Both the position numbers and the translations under genes were made by a program. A stretch of 64,000 nucleotides of DNA from a bacterium. GTDB lineage: Bacteria; RBG-13-61-14; DATKZS01. Position 1 is the first letter of the stretch, and every line of letters starts with the position of its first letter. The notes beneath the pieces were generated by a model that saw only the letters and a program-made list of their open reading frames with translations, made no database searches and was not told the DNA's origin. The stretch spans positions 448,001-512,000 of the forward strand of contig CAXXFL010000007.1 of NCBI GenBank assembly GCA_963674965.2, given 5' to 3'. Shown one piece after another: positions 29,362 through 39,485 of the stretch.

Positions 29362-30425
29362 CTGTCACCCACCCTTCTCAGCGCAAGACCTATACTTACG
29401 GCGGCTCTGGCCCCGATCTGCTCGAGGTATCCCGGGTCGAAGAGCTTGGGGTTCCTTTCAAGGTTCCTGAAGGGGTCCATGATCTCGACCGGAACGTTCT
29501 GTTTTTGCTGTATGGTCTCGGCGAGCCCGCTCACCCCGGAGCCGCCACCCCCGAGCCAGATTTTGGATATCTGCTCGTCGGCGGCGGTGGCCTGGTAGAA
29601 GTCCAGGCTCTTGGCGATCTCCGAGGCGATCTGGTCGGAAACTCTTCTGATGACCGCCTCGACCTCCTGCCTCATGACCGCCTCGGTGTCCCCGGTGGCC
29701 GAGCCGCCCAGCTTGAGAAGTTCCGCCTCCTCGTAGCTCACCGAGAGCTCCTTCATTATCTCCTCGGTGTAGAGGTTGCCTCCCACCGTCACGTCGCGCG
29801 AGAAAAGGTAGCCCCCGCCCTTGGTTATCACCATGTTGATGATGCTCGAGCCGATGTTCACCAGGGCCAGGACCTCGTTCTCCATGATCTGGTAGTTGAT
29901 CTCGTAGGCGTTGAGCATGGAGAAGGCGTCCAGGTCGACTATGACCGGGACCAGGCCCGCCTCGGTGATCACCGCCACGTAGTCGTTGATCATGTCCTTT
30001 TTGGCGGCCACCAGAAGTATCTCCATGTTCCCCTCGTCGTCCCCCGGGTTCAGAATCTCATAGGCCAGGTTGACGTCCGAGAGGTTGAAGGGAATATACT
30101 GCTCGGCCTCCCATTGTATCTGCTCGTCCAGCTCCTCCTCGGTCATAACGGGAAGCTGTATCTTACGGATCATGACGGAAGCGCCGGAGACCGACGTGGC
30201 GACGTCCTTGGTCTTTATCTTGCGCTCGCTGATGACCGTCTCAATGGCCTCCACGATCGCCGGGGAATTCATTAGGGCGCCATCCACGATCGCCTCGGGA
30301 GGAAGAGGGACCATCCCGAAATTCTCCAGGATGTAACCCTTCTTTGACTCCTTTAGCTCGGATACCTTGATCGAGCTCGTCCCTATATCTAGCCCGATCA
30401 ATCCTTTTTTACCGCCGAATGCCAT
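29358..30425 (-). CDS. pilM: Type IV pilus protein PilM
   Basis: IGLDIGTSSIK, EAEQYIPF, LLVAAKK and AVSIGLALR motifs. Confidence 0.97.
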   Translation of the reverse strand: MAFGGKKGLIGLDIGTSSIKVSELKESKKGYILENFGMVPLPPEAIVDGALMNSPAIVEAIETVISERKIKTKDVATSVSGASVMIRKIQLPVMTEEELDEQIQWEAEQYIPFNLSDVNLAYEILNPGDDEGNMEILLVAAKKDMINDYVAVITEAGLVPVIVDLDAFSMLNAYEINYQIMENEVLALVNIGSSIINMVITKGGGYLFSRDVTVGGNLYTEEIMKELSVSYEEAELLKLGGSATGDTEAVMRQEVEAVIRRVSDQIASEIAKSLDFYQATAADEQISKIWLGGGGSGVSGLAETIQQKQNVPVEIMDPFRNLERNPKLFDPGYLEQIGARAAVSIGLALRRVGDR

Positions 30426-30477
30426 CTGCTTCCTCCCTCCGCTTTACCAAAACAGGTAAAAAAAATCAGGGTATTTC

Positions 30478-30801
30478 TCAAACTCTACCCTTTCCGTCCC
30501 TACCTCTTTTGATGCCCGTTTTGCTCTTCCGGCTCCCGTTTTCACCATCTTCATCTTCAAAAAAAACTCGCTGCCGCTCGGTCAAATTGAAACCAAGCGC
30601 CAAAATAATTTTCCGCTTGGTATCCATCCGGCAATTTTCCCCTCTTTCAATTCTATCGATCGTGAGAGGACTTACTCCAGCTTTACGAGCCAGTTCAGCC
30701 TTGCTCATGAGCTGGGCCTCCCTTAAAGACTTGACGTTGTTCTTTCCCATTGATATCTCCCTGAGGCGGATACGCTCAATATAAATAAGGTCATCGTCCA
30801 A
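30478..30801 (-). CDS. XRE-family HTH regulator upstream of pilM
   Basis: LMSKAELARKAGVSPLTIDRIERG. Start is TTG 30801 or ATG 30750; both have SD-like sites. Confidence 0.85.
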   Translation of the reverse strand: MDDDLIYIERIRLREISMGKNNVKSLREAQLMSKAELARKAGVSPLTIDRIERGENCRMDTKRKIILALGFNLTERQRVFFEDEDGENGSRKSKTGIKRGRDGKGRV

Positions 30802-30810
30802 AGGTGTCCT

Positions 30811-30990
30811 CCCTTGATTATAAAGTTTGAAGCAAACCTAATACAATTGTCAAGAACTTTTTATAATTAACTGAAAATTTTATATAATTTAATATAATTT
30901 ATGTCAGATGTTGTGTAAGTAAAATAAAGGTGCACTATATCTAGAGATTAATTTGTCTAAATAATTTAACCGTTTATATCAATTAAGGCG
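30811..30990 (-). promoter_or_regulatory. AT-rich promoter region of the HTH-pilMNOPQ operon
   Basis: TTGACA on the minus strand at about 30848-30853 and several TATAATT boxes at 30862-30900. Confidence 0.5.
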
Positions 30991-31353
30991 CGTTCGGGAC
31001 GACAATGACGGACCATCCAGATTGTATGGCATTGTTTTATATAGGTATTTTCAACCAATACGCCGGCGAGGCCAACGATGGCGCCAAAAATCAGGCCTTT
31101 GAAAAGTTCCCAAAATCTCCATCAAATTTACAATCCCATGCATGATCGAAAACAAAAGACGCGAGAGGCAATAAACAGTCTAAGTAATCATTATTTAATG
31201 TTTAATCATTTATTTTGCAAAATCGGCTATAATAGAGATGACGCCAACTGTGAAAATATCGACATAATAACATTTTTGGTTTTTCCGCGCCCATGCACAA
31301 TATGCTGGCAATATTTTTCCATCCATGATAAAGAAGAAGAAGGAAGGATATTT

Positions 31354-32097
31354 GTGTTGATCGAGGGAAAAGATTTAAGTTTCAACCGATCGGATTTAAG
31401 AAAAATCCTGGCCCTTGTCTTTATCATGGTCCCCATCGTCCTTTTATGGAACACTCCCGTCGTGTATCCGCTTAAAATACTTGTGGTTTTCTTCCACGAG
31501 ATTTCCCATGGACTGGCCTCGATATTAACGGGCGGCAAGATGATTACCATCGAGCTCAGCCACCACCAGGGAGGGGCCTGCATGACCCTGGGAGGAAACC
31601 GTTTCATAATACTTTCAGCCGGTTACCTTGGCAGCCTGCTTTGGGGAGGGATCATCCTGACCGCCGCCGCCAGGACAAGGTTCGATAGGGCCATCACCGC
31701 CCTGTTGGGCGCCTCGATCGTCATCGTGGGAATTCTTTACGTCCGTCCGATCATCGGGTTCGGCTTTGCCTTCTCCTTGATAATAGGCGCCAGCCTTGTG
31801 GCCTTTGCCCGCTACCTCCCCGAGGCGGCCAACGACGTTCTGCTGAAAGTTATCGGACTTACCTCATGCCTTTACGCGGTCCTGGATATAGTATCCGACG
31901 GAATATCGCGCGATATTCCCATGTCCGACGCCAACGCCCTGGGCGATATGATATTCCTGCCCGGATGGCTGGTGTCCATAGTCTGGCTCATCGTGGCCAT
32001 TGCCGGTTCCGCGTTTTTTTTATGGATAGCCGGTGGAGGACGAAAAACGGCCGGTCCTCCCGGCGCGGGGCCAACGAGATTACCCGGCCTGGAATAA
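31354..32097 (+). CDS. Peptidase M50B-like membrane metalloprotease
   Basis: FFHEISHG (HExxH), SAGYLG and SDA motifs. Likely start is GTG 31354 or TTG 31357. Confidence 0.85.
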   Translation: MLIEGKDLSFNRSDLRKILALVFIMVPIVLLWNTPVVYPLKILVVFFHEISHGLASILTGGKMITIELSHHQGGACMTLGGNRFIILSAGYLGSLLWGGIILTAAARTRFDRAITALLGASIVIVGILYVRPIIGFGFAFSLIIGASLVAFARYLPEAANDVLLKVIGLTSCLYAVLDIVSDGISRDIPMSDANALGDMIFLPGWLVSIVWLIVAIAGSAFFLWIAGGGRKTAGPPGAGPTRLPGLE

Positions 32098-32199
32098 TTC
32101 GCGCCTTCTCTTGATATTTCAGGGCGTTCCTTATAATAATGTCATACCCGGCCCGATCGTTTTCAACGCGGCTCGGCAAATCCATACAAGGCGGAAATC

Positions 32200-33153
32200 A
32201 TGGCGCATTCCGGATCCAAGGTAGTAATCTTCGCGGCCATAGCCGGCAACCTGGCTATCGCCATAACCAAGTTCGTGGCGGCGGCCATAACGGGCAGTTC
32301 GGCCATGCTCTCGGAGGGCATCCACTCGGTGGTCGATACTGGCAATGGTCTATTGTTGTTGTTCGGCATTAGGCAGAGCCAGAAGCCGGCCAACGAGGAG
32401 CACCCCTTTGGCCGGGGCCAGGAGTTATATTTCTGGACACTTATCGTGGCCATCATGATTTTCGCCATTGGCGGAGGCATATCCTTTTACGAGGGGGTCA
32501 TGCACGTTTTGCATCCATCCGAGATTCAAAGCGTGATGATCAGTTACGTGGTGCTTGGTTTTTCCATCCTGTTCGAGGGCATATCCTGGACCGTGGCCCT
32601 TATCGAATTCAGGAAACTCAAGGGGGACATGGGCTACCTCGAGGCGGTTCGGGCGAGCAAGGACCCGACGACCTTTGCCGTTTTCTTCGAGGACTCGGCC
32701 GCCCTGCTCGGGCTTTTGGTGGCCCTCATCGGCATCTCGCTGGGGCACGCGCTCCACGAGCCACGTTTCGACGGGGCCGCCTCGATAGTTATCGGCCTCA
32801 TCCTGGCGGGCGTGGCGACTCTTCTGGCCTACGAGACCAAGAGCCTGCTGATCGGCGAGGCCGCGGCCCCCCAGACCGAGGCCGACGTGCGCGCCATCAT
32901 CGAGTCCGACGAGACGGTGGCCTGTTTCGTCAAGGCCCGCACCATGCACATGGGACCGAGCCAGGTGCTTCTTAACATGGACCTCCAGTTCCAGCCCCAC
33001 CTCACGGCCCAGGAGGTGGCCGACTCCATCGACCGCATCGAGAAAAAAATCCGGGAGAAACACCCCGAGATCGTTTACATCTACCTCGAGGCCAAGACCA
33101 TGAAGCCCGCGAAAAAGGCCGACTGCCGCGATGAACCAAGGAAAGGCTCCTAA
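32200..33153 (+). CDS. Cation diffusion facilitator transporter
   Basis: GSSAMLSEGIHSVVD, HPFG and EDSAAL motifs with a C-terminal dimerisation domain. Confidence 0.92.
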   Translation: MAHSGSKVVIFAAIAGNLAIAITKFVAAAITGSSAMLSEGIHSVVDTGNGLLLLFGIRQSQKPANEEHPFGRGQELYFWTLIVAIMIFAIGGGISFYEGVMHVLHPSEIQSVMISYVVLGFSILFEGISWTVALIEFRKLKGDMGYLEAVRASKDPTTFAVFFEDSAALLGLLVALIGISLGHALHEPRFDGAASIVIGLILAGVATLLAYETKSLLIGEAAAPQTEADVRAIIESDETVACFVKARTMHMGPSQVLLNMDLQFQPHLTAQEVADSIDRIEKKIREKHPEIVYIYLEAKTMKPAKKADCRDEPRKGS

Positions 33154-33351
33154 TGGGAGAACTCCATCGAGGACGGCTGCATGGGGGCGGGCCTGGAAAT
33201 AAAACACGGGACGCCTGACGGCGAGACCCGCGAAATCCATCTCATCAGTTTCTTTTCCCATGACATGGATACCATTTTCAAGGTCGTCAAGGACGGCGTT
33301 GAGAGGTCTCGCCGGGATTAGTAATGGCGGGAACAAGGACTTTTGAACTCG

Positions 33352-34320
33352 TCATCGGGTATCCGGTTTTTCGGGTTTTTCCTTTATCTCTTTCATAAGC
33401 TTCCTGCTCAGGACGCTGGTGAAAAGCCTCGCTCCTTCCTCGTTAAGATGCTGGCCGTCCTTGAACATGTCATCGTCTAAGCCGTTATACTCCCTCATGT
33501 CAATGAGCGTAATCCCCTCACGTTCGAGAATATTTTCAAGTTCATCATCAAGTCGGTAGTCTTGCTTGACGGGCATGGCGACAAGGATCATTTTTATATC
33601 GTTTTCTTTCAATACTTGAATAAATTTCATCAGCCTGGAATAGGAATAATCCAAGGCGGGAGCGTCATCACTCTCGGGCGGCTCGTTCAAATCTCTTTGT
33701 TTTAACCGACCCTCCCGATAATTTGGAACGACCATATCGAGCGCTCTTCTATGGATGCTCTCATTATTGGCGTAGGAAAGTAACAACCAGGATAAAATAA
33801 ACTTTACTCTTTCGTCGAAAGACCTGACCTCGTCCCTCATGGCCTCGGGAACGTCCTCGATACTCACGTCCATCGATCCCAGATGCACGGCGCTGGCCGG
33901 CCTCGAGTCGGAAGCATAATCGTCCTCAAAACCCACGACCAAAACGTCCGGGACCCGGCCCGTCCAGATGAATTGTTTCTTGAACAAATAGTACCACTCC
34001 GCTATGGTAGTACCGTCGGGATTGACTTTTATCGCCCTGACTCGAGTACCGCCAGCTTTCGACGCTTCCTCGTTGAAAACGTCAAGGTCTACTCCGTCGT
34101 GGATCATCGAGTTCCCAAGGAAAACCAGTTTTATCCCGTCAAAACTCGCGAGGCGCCGCGATTCCTCCGGTATCGCTTTAATGTTCCTGATATCCCCGGA
34201 AAGCCTATCCTGATAGAAAAAAATGAACAACTCCACTAAGATAAGCTCCAACGCGAGAATGGCCGCGATTTTCCTCTCGGAGCTAAAACTGGAAATAGAT
34301 AAACTCAACGTTTCCTCCAT
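33352..34320 (-). CDS. SGNH-like acyltransferase/hydrolase partner of MBOAT
   Basis: FLGNS (block I) and DGQHLN (DxxH). It overlaps the MBOAT 3' end, and the start is uncertain. Confidence 0.75.
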   Translation of the reverse strand: MEETLSLSISSFSSERKIAAILALELILVELFIFFYQDRLSGDIRNIKAIPEESRRLASFDGIKLVFLGNSMIHDGVDLDVFNEEASKAGGTRVRAIKVNPDGTTIAEWYYLFKKQFIWTGRVPDVLVVGFEDDYASDSRPASAVHLGSMDVSIEDVPEAMRDEVRSFDERVKFILSWLLLSYANNESIHRRALDMVVPNYREGRLKQRDLNEPPESDDAPALDYSYSRLMKFIQVLKENDIKMILVAMPVKQDYRLDDELENILEREGITLIDMREYNGLDDDMFKDGQHLNEEGARLFTSVLSRKLMKEIKEKPEKPDTR

Positions 34321-35701
34321 AATGGAAAAAATACATCATGTTGGCGCAATAAATATATACGACGGCCAGCCATATCCAGCTTGACTTAAGGGGCCTTTCC
34401 ATGTCGCCTCCCCGGTAAAGCCAGGTCTCGAACGCCATGAATGGAGCCAGAAAAAATATCATCATGCCCATCATATACCAAGAATAATCAGTCATATGAA
34501 AATCGAAGACCAAAAGTCCCAGCATATCCACGGCCTGAGCGAAATTCTCGGCCCGGAAAAATAGCCATCCGAGCGCGGCCAGATGGAACATGACTATTAT
34601 TTTCACGATACCGGCGGCGCTAAGGATCCTGGTATCAGACCTGAGAACTCCCATCTTTTCCAAAGCCCGGTTCGCCGCCAGCAGAAGTCCATGATAGAAG
34701 CCCCAGAACACGAAGGTCCAGGCGGCCCCGTGCCAAAGGCCGCACAGGGCCATGGTGACGAGGAGGTTGCGATAAGTGGCCGCCCGGCCGCCCCTGTTGC
34801 CGCCGAGGGGGATGTAAAGGTAGTCCCGGAACCACTCCGAGAGGCTGACGTGCCAGCGCCGCCAGAACTCGCTCGGGTCCTTGGAGAAATAGGGCAACCT
34901 GAAGTTGTACATCAGGTCCACCCCCATCCACCGCGAGATACCCTGGGCGATGGAGGAATAACCGGAAAAGTCGCAATAAATCTGGAAGCTGAAACAGTAG
35001 ACCCCCAGGAGGACCTCCGCACCCGTCAGATCGGCGTTGTGGGGCGAAAAGACGGAGTCGACGATGGGGGCCATATTGTCGGCGATCACGATCTTTCGGA
35101 AAAGGCCGGTAACGACGTGGTAAAGACCGATCCGGAAATCGTCGCTTCTCGGAGGTCTGATTTTCGCCAACTGGGGCATGAGACGGTTATAACGCTCGAT
35201 CGGACCGGCCACGAGCTGGGGAAAGAAGCTGACGAACAAGGCGAAGTCAACCAGGCTTTCCGCCGGGATGGAATTTTTCTTATACACGTCTATCGTGTAG
35301 GACATGGATTGAAAGGTGTAAAAACTTATGCCCACCGGCAAGGCGACCTTTAATACCGGAGCGCCAATATGGAGACCGACCCCATTCAACAACTCCACCA
35401 GTTCTCCCGTGAAAAAACCGTAATACTTGAAAACGCCCAGAATGACCAGATTGACCGTGACCGCGCCCGCTAGCAGTCCTTTTCTCACGCCGGGGCTGGC
35501 CGAGGCGTGAATCCTGGCGGCCGCGACGTAGTTGGCGAGAGTTATTATAAGGATGAGGGCGAGATAGCGCCAGTCCCAGGAGCCGTAAAAATAATAGCTC
35601 GCCAGGAGAAGCATCCGTTTCTTCCACTCGCCGGGCAAAAGGCGGTGAAGAACTATTACCACCGGAAAAAATATCCAGAAAGAATACTGATTGAAAAGCA
35701 T
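34283..35701 (-). CDS. MBOAT O-acyltransferase (AlgI/PatA/DltB-like)
   Basis: LPVGISFYTFQ, FFPQLVAGPI, DFSGYS, FWRRWHVSLS, GLWHGA and FIYFQF motifs. Confidence 0.93.
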   Translation of the reverse strand: MLFNQYSFWIFFPVVIVLHRLLPGEWKKRMLLLASYYFYGSWDWRYLALILIITLANYVAAARIHASASPGVRKGLLAGAVTVNLVILGVFKYYGFFTGELVELLNGVGLHIGAPVLKVALPVGISFYTFQSMSYTIDVYKKNSIPAESLVDFALFVSFFPQLVAGPIERYNRLMPQLAKIRPPRSDDFRIGLYHVVTGLFRKIVIADNMAPIVDSVFSPHNADLTGAEVLLGVYCFSFQIYCDFSGYSSIAQGISRWMGVDLMYNFRLPYFSKDPSEFWRRWHVSLSEWFRDYLYIPLGGNRGGRAATYRNLLVTMALCGLWHGAAWTFVFWGFYHGLLLAANRALEKMGVLRSDTRILSAAGIVKIIVMFHLAALGWLFFRAENFAQAVDMLGLLVFDFHMTDYSWYMMGMMIFFLAPFMAFETWLYRGGDMERPLKSSWIWLAVVYIYCANMMYFFHYGGNVEFIYFQF

Positions 35702-35864
35702 AATTTACACCGAAGGTGGAGTTTAAAGCCAAGGTGCAATTAAATCACATTATGGCCGCCAAGGAAAACTCCGCGCTAATTCTTAAAGTTGAAAGCCATT
35801 CATGGCGTCCAGGAAGATAGGGGGACACTCGTTTCTAAAACTGAAAATTTACATGGCAATGCTA

Positions 35865-35892
35865 TTGACATTGAATTCGACGCGCATATAAT
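35865..35892 (+). promoter_or_regulatory. Consensus sigma70 promoter
   Basis: TTGACA-16 nt-TATAAT. Confidence 0.65.
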
Positions 35893-36182
35893 GTTGTCAT
35901 TTAATTCAACTCTCCAATCGGGAGATACTTAATATCCGGATGGTAGAAGAGAAAGAAAACGTCAAATTACGCCAAGGTAAAATCTGGCGGGCGCGGCTCA
36001 GCTTGATCGGATACAATATATCTCTTTGTTAATACCCGTTGACTTTGCGGTTAGATCTCGCGGCCCAACGTCAGTGAAAGGAGGTGAATTATATCGGCGC
36101 TCAGGCGGGGAAGACCCAATTTATTCAGGCCGGCTCTTCCCCTAGGAAAAAAACCCAGCACTTATTTAAAAGGAGAAACACC

Positions 36183-36653
36183 ATGGGAATTATTGATGAT
36201 TTGAGAAATGAAATTATCGGCTACGTAGATGACGAGGAAAGGTTCGAGATCAAGATTGAGAACTTTACTTACAGCGGGCCTCATTTAAGCGAAACGAACG
36301 AGCGATTCAATTTCATGCTAAAGGTATATAATAAGGGGCCTCTCGATATGAAAAACGTCAAAATGCGAATAGAGGCAGTCGAAGGGCACGTAAGAATAGG
36401 AATCGGCCCGGCTGAGGCGAGTTATCAATACGCGTACGTCACGAGAGCTTTTAATCTCGACGCCTATCAGCATCAATACATCCTGTTTTTCGGAGTGGCC
36501 GTAAAGGCGACGATAAAAGAAGGCTCCAGAGCCACGGAGAAGCAGGACATCATGAAGGTTAAAGTCCATTCATGGGACGCGAGCCTGGCGTACATCCTAA
36601 ACGATTGCTCTTCATCGAGCCACGCGATTCCATACGCCGAGGAAATTACCTGA
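36183..36653 (+). CDS. Hypothetical protein (beta-rich, possibly Ig-like), lower GC
   Basis: AAGGAG SD before ATG 36183. LKVYNKGPLDMKNVKMRI resembles CARDB/Ig-type strands. Confidence 0.65.
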   Translation: MGIIDDLRNEIIGYVDDEERFEIKIENFTYSGPHLSETNERFNFMLKVYNKGPLDMKNVKMRIEAVEGHVRIGIGPAEASYQYAYVTRAFNLDAYQHQYILFFGVAVKATIKEGSRATEKQDIMKVKVHSWDASLAYILNDCSSSSHAIPYAEEIT

Positions 36654-36666
36654 TCAGTATCCAATC

Positions 36667-36727
36667 GCAAGCCGCCCTGGCAAGGCCCCATGGCCCAAAT
36701 CAAGCTCAGCCTGGGCGGCTTTGCTTT
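36667..36727. terminator. Hairpin between convergent genes
   Basis: AAGCCGCCC...GGGCGGCTT followed by a T-rich tract. Confidence 0.5.
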
Positions 36728-36875
36728 AGCATTACAAATTGATTACAACAATGACGGGCGCGTAGAGATTAAATACTTCACCTGAAATCACCTTCAATAT
36801 AGCTTGCATTCCGCTCCATTTCATTCTCTTTTGCGGCCGGCTCCCTTTTCAGGCTCCCCGCCGGCGGGCCTTGAT

Positions 36876-38222
36876 TCATCCCTTCAGCTTTATCACCGAG
36901 CACGCGGGGTAGGGAGGCTTGGGCAAGGCAATAATTGTCTTTCCTTTTTCCTCGCGGACCAGGAGGGGCGCGGCCCCGGTGGGATTGAGAAGATAGGCCT
37001 TGTAAGAGGAAGCATCCAAGCCCTCGACCACCAGTTCTCCCTCCGGCCAGTCGAAAACGAGGAGGTAAACGTCCGACCCCTTGCGGGTGGTCCGGCCCCA
37101 GGGAGCGTCCTGGATGGGACCGGCCTGGGACCCGTATATGGCCTCGCCGTTTACCCGCGTCCACTCCCCCACCTCGATAAGGCGGGAGACGCTGGGCTCG
37201 GGTATGACCCCCTCCGGCGTGGGCCCCACGTTGAGCAGGAAGTTGCCTCCCTTCGAGCATATGTCGCACAGCTTGCGGATGAGGTCCGAGGTCGGCTTCC
37301 AGTCGTGATCGAAGCTTTTATATCCCCATGACGTGTTCATGGTCATACAGGTTTCCCAGTCGCAATTGGGAAGCTCGTCGGGTATGACCTGCTCGGGAGT
37401 GGCGTAGTCGCCCACCTCCGGCCTGACGATGGGATGAGGAGTGCCCGTCAATACGGACAGGTTGTCCTTGAACTTCCTCTTGTCCAGCCGGTTGTTGATC
37501 ACGACCCCCGGCTGAAAGCGGCGGCAAAGGGTCTCCACCTCGAGGCCCCACTCTTTACTCCACTGGGGCATCCAGTCGCCGTCAAAAAAGAGCGAGCAAA
37601 TGGGGCCGTAATTGGTCAAAAGCTCCTCGATCTGGCCCTTCATGTATCCCATGTACTTTTTGAAATCGGGCGTGTAATAAAGGTAATAAGGATACCTGGA
37701 GCGGCTCCAGTCAAGCTGGGAATAGTAAAGGCCGAACCTTACTCCCTCCTCGGCGCAGGCGCATGCCAGCTCGCCGATCACGTCCCGCTTAAAGGGCGTC
37801 GCGTCCATTATATCGTAGCTTGTCAGACTCGAGTCGAACATGCAAAAGCCGTCATGGTGCTTGCCGGTGATGACCATGTACTTCATGCCCGCTTGCCTGG
37901 CCAGCCTGGCCCAGGCGCGGGCGTCGAACTCGACGGGGTTGAACCGGCCGGCCAGCCTGGCGTACTCTTTTTTGGGTATCTGCTTGTCGAACTGAATCCA
38001 CTCGGCGGGAAAAGTGGTGGACTTCATTCCCCTCCACTCGCCTCCCAGCACGGAGTAAATTCCCCAGTGGATGAACATGCCGAAGCGGGCCTCCCTCCAC
38101 CAGGCCATCCTGGCCTCGAACTCCTCGTCGCTCTCGGAGGGAAGCCTCGCGACCAAAGTCCCCGGCGCCGCCAGGGCCGCCGAGCCGGCGGCCGCCGTCT
38201 TCACGAACTCTCTTCTGTCCAT
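36876..38222 (-). CDS. Alpha-L-fucosidase (GH29) with Tat signal
   Basis: MDRREFVK, FGMFIHWG, KHHDGF, WETCMT and GGNFLLNVGP motifs. Confidence 0.93.
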   Translation of the reverse strand: MDRREFVKTAAAGSAALAAPGTLVARLPSESDEEFEARMAWWREARFGMFIHWGIYSVLGGEWRGMKSTTFPAEWIQFDKQIPKKEYARLAGRFNPVEFDARAWARLARQAGMKYMVITGKHHDGFCMFDSSLTSYDIMDATPFKRDVIGELACACAEEGVRFGLYYSQLDWSRSRYPYYLYYTPDFKKYMGYMKGQIEELLTNYGPICSLFFDGDWMPQWSKEWGLEVETLCRRFQPGVVINNRLDKRKFKDNLSVLTGTPHPIVRPEVGDYATPEQVIPDELPNCDWETCMTMNTSWGYKSFDHDWKPTSDLIRKLCDICSKGGNFLLNVGPTPEGVIPEPSVSRLIEVGEWTRVNGEAIYGSQAGPIQDAPWGRTTRKGSDVYLLVFDWPEGELVVEGLDASSYKAYLLNPTGAAPLLVREEKGKTIIALPKPPYPACSVIKLKG

Positions 38223-38239
38223 ATCCGCTCGCCTTTCCC

Positions 38240-38770
38240 TTATACTCTTGCTATTTTCCCTATCTCCTGTAGCGAGAGCGCGAAAATCTGCTTGTCCGCC
38301 ACGTCTTTTCCTTCCCGGTAGGTCCGGGCCATGGCCGCGTAAACGAGGGCGTTGTTCACTATCCGCTCGGTCTGTCCGGGCCCGGCCGGCTTGATCCTGG
38401 CCGGAACGCCCATGACCACCGACCCCGGCGGGACCCTCGTCCTCTCAAGCACCACCGCCCCGGCCGCCACGATGCTGCCCTCCCCTATCACCGCCATCTC
38501 CTGGATAACCGCCCCTATCCCGATAATGCACCTGTCCTCCACGATGGCCCCGTCGAGCACCGCGTTATGGGCGATGGTGACGAAGTCTCCCACCTGGGCC
38601 GCGTGGAGAGTCGAGTTGTCCTGGACGCAGGTGAAACGGCCCACCCGGGCCGGCGCGAAGTCCCCCCTTATTACCGAGCCGGGCCAGAGGCTCGAGTGCT
38701 CTCCCACCTCCACGTCGCCGTACTGCACGGACGAGGGGTCGCGAAAAACCGAGTCCGCTATTTTAACCAT
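38240..38770 (-). CDS. Gamma-carbonic anhydrase family (hexapeptide repeat)
   Basis: IRGD, VQDNSTLH, TIAHNA and GVPAR motifs. Confidence 0.85.
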   Translation of the reverse strand: MVKIADSVFRDPSSVQYGDVEVGEHSSLWPGSVIRGDFAPARVGRFTCVQDNSTLHAAQVGDFVTIAHNAVLDGAIVEDRCIIGIGAVIQEMAVIGEGSIVAAGAVVLERTRVPPGSVVMGVPARIKPAGPGQTERIVNNALVYAAMARTYREGKDVADKQIFALSLQEIGKIARV

Positions 38771-38862
38771 CTCCCTTTCCTCCCCGGGGCGGCCCTTACG
38801 ACAAGGCCGGAACTGAATGCACAGTCTACAGGAACAAGGAGGGCCGTATCAAGGCAATGCCA

Positions 38863-39456
38863 CTAAAATGAAGAACCAGGGAGTTTGAGGAATTCTATCT
38901 CCTCGGGCGTGGACTCCCTGCCCAGGACCGAGTTGCGGTGGGGAAAACGCCCGAACCTCTCGATGATGGCCCGGTGCCGCTCGGCGTAATCGAGGAAAAC
39001 AAGGAAAGTTTCCCGGCGCTTATCCGGCGCGTCGCCCGCCAGGGCCGTAAAGAGCTTGACCGACCGCTCCTGCGTTTCCATGTCCTCCGAGTGCTCGAGG
39101 GGAAGGTAGACGAAGGTCCTGGCCATGGGCGGAAGCTCGTGGTCGAAGCCCTTTTCAAGCGCGTGAAACGCGGCGGCCAGTGCCCTCGCGTCCTGGGCGA
39201 AGGCCTCGGGTGAATCGCGGTAAATGTTCCTTGTAAACTGGTCCAGAAGCAGGATCAAAGCCAGGCATGGCCGCGCCGAATCCATCCACTGGTCGCGCTC
39301 GCCCCGAGCCGCGGCCTCCACGTCGCGCTCGAACCTTTCCTTTATATAGGCGTCGGTCTCGGGTTTTTTATGGAACCATATATCGAGGCGGGGCTCGATA
39401 TCTTCCCGATCCAGGTCCTGGAACCAGTATTCGAGAATCTCCTCGTGCCCGCTCAA
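38863..39456 (-). CDS. DUF924 family protein
   Basis: LDQFTRNIYR, YLPLEHSE and FGRFPHRN motifs. Confidence 0.92.
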   Translation of the reverse strand: MSGHEEILEYWFQDLDREDIEPRLDIWFHKKPETDAYIKERFERDVEAAARGERDQWMDSARPCLALILLLDQFTRNIYRDSPEAFAQDARALAAAFHALEKGFDHELPPMARTFVYLPLEHSEDMETQERSVKLFTALAGDAPDKRRETFLVFLDYAERHRAIIERFGRFPHRNSVLGRESTPEEIEFLKLPGSSF

Positions 39457-39485
39457 GGCGGCTGCCCCCGTTCCAAGTTCCCGGG

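Noticed and set aside
33154-33322. In-frame continuation after the CDF stop (WENSIEDGC...RRD)
   Set aside because: The stop is TAA and the CDF protein is complete, so this is at most a gene remnant with no recoding evidence.
35854-35869. TGGCAATGCTATTGAC as a sigma54 promoter
   Set aside because: The -12 element is GA rather than GC, and an overlapping perfect sigma70 promoter explains the site.
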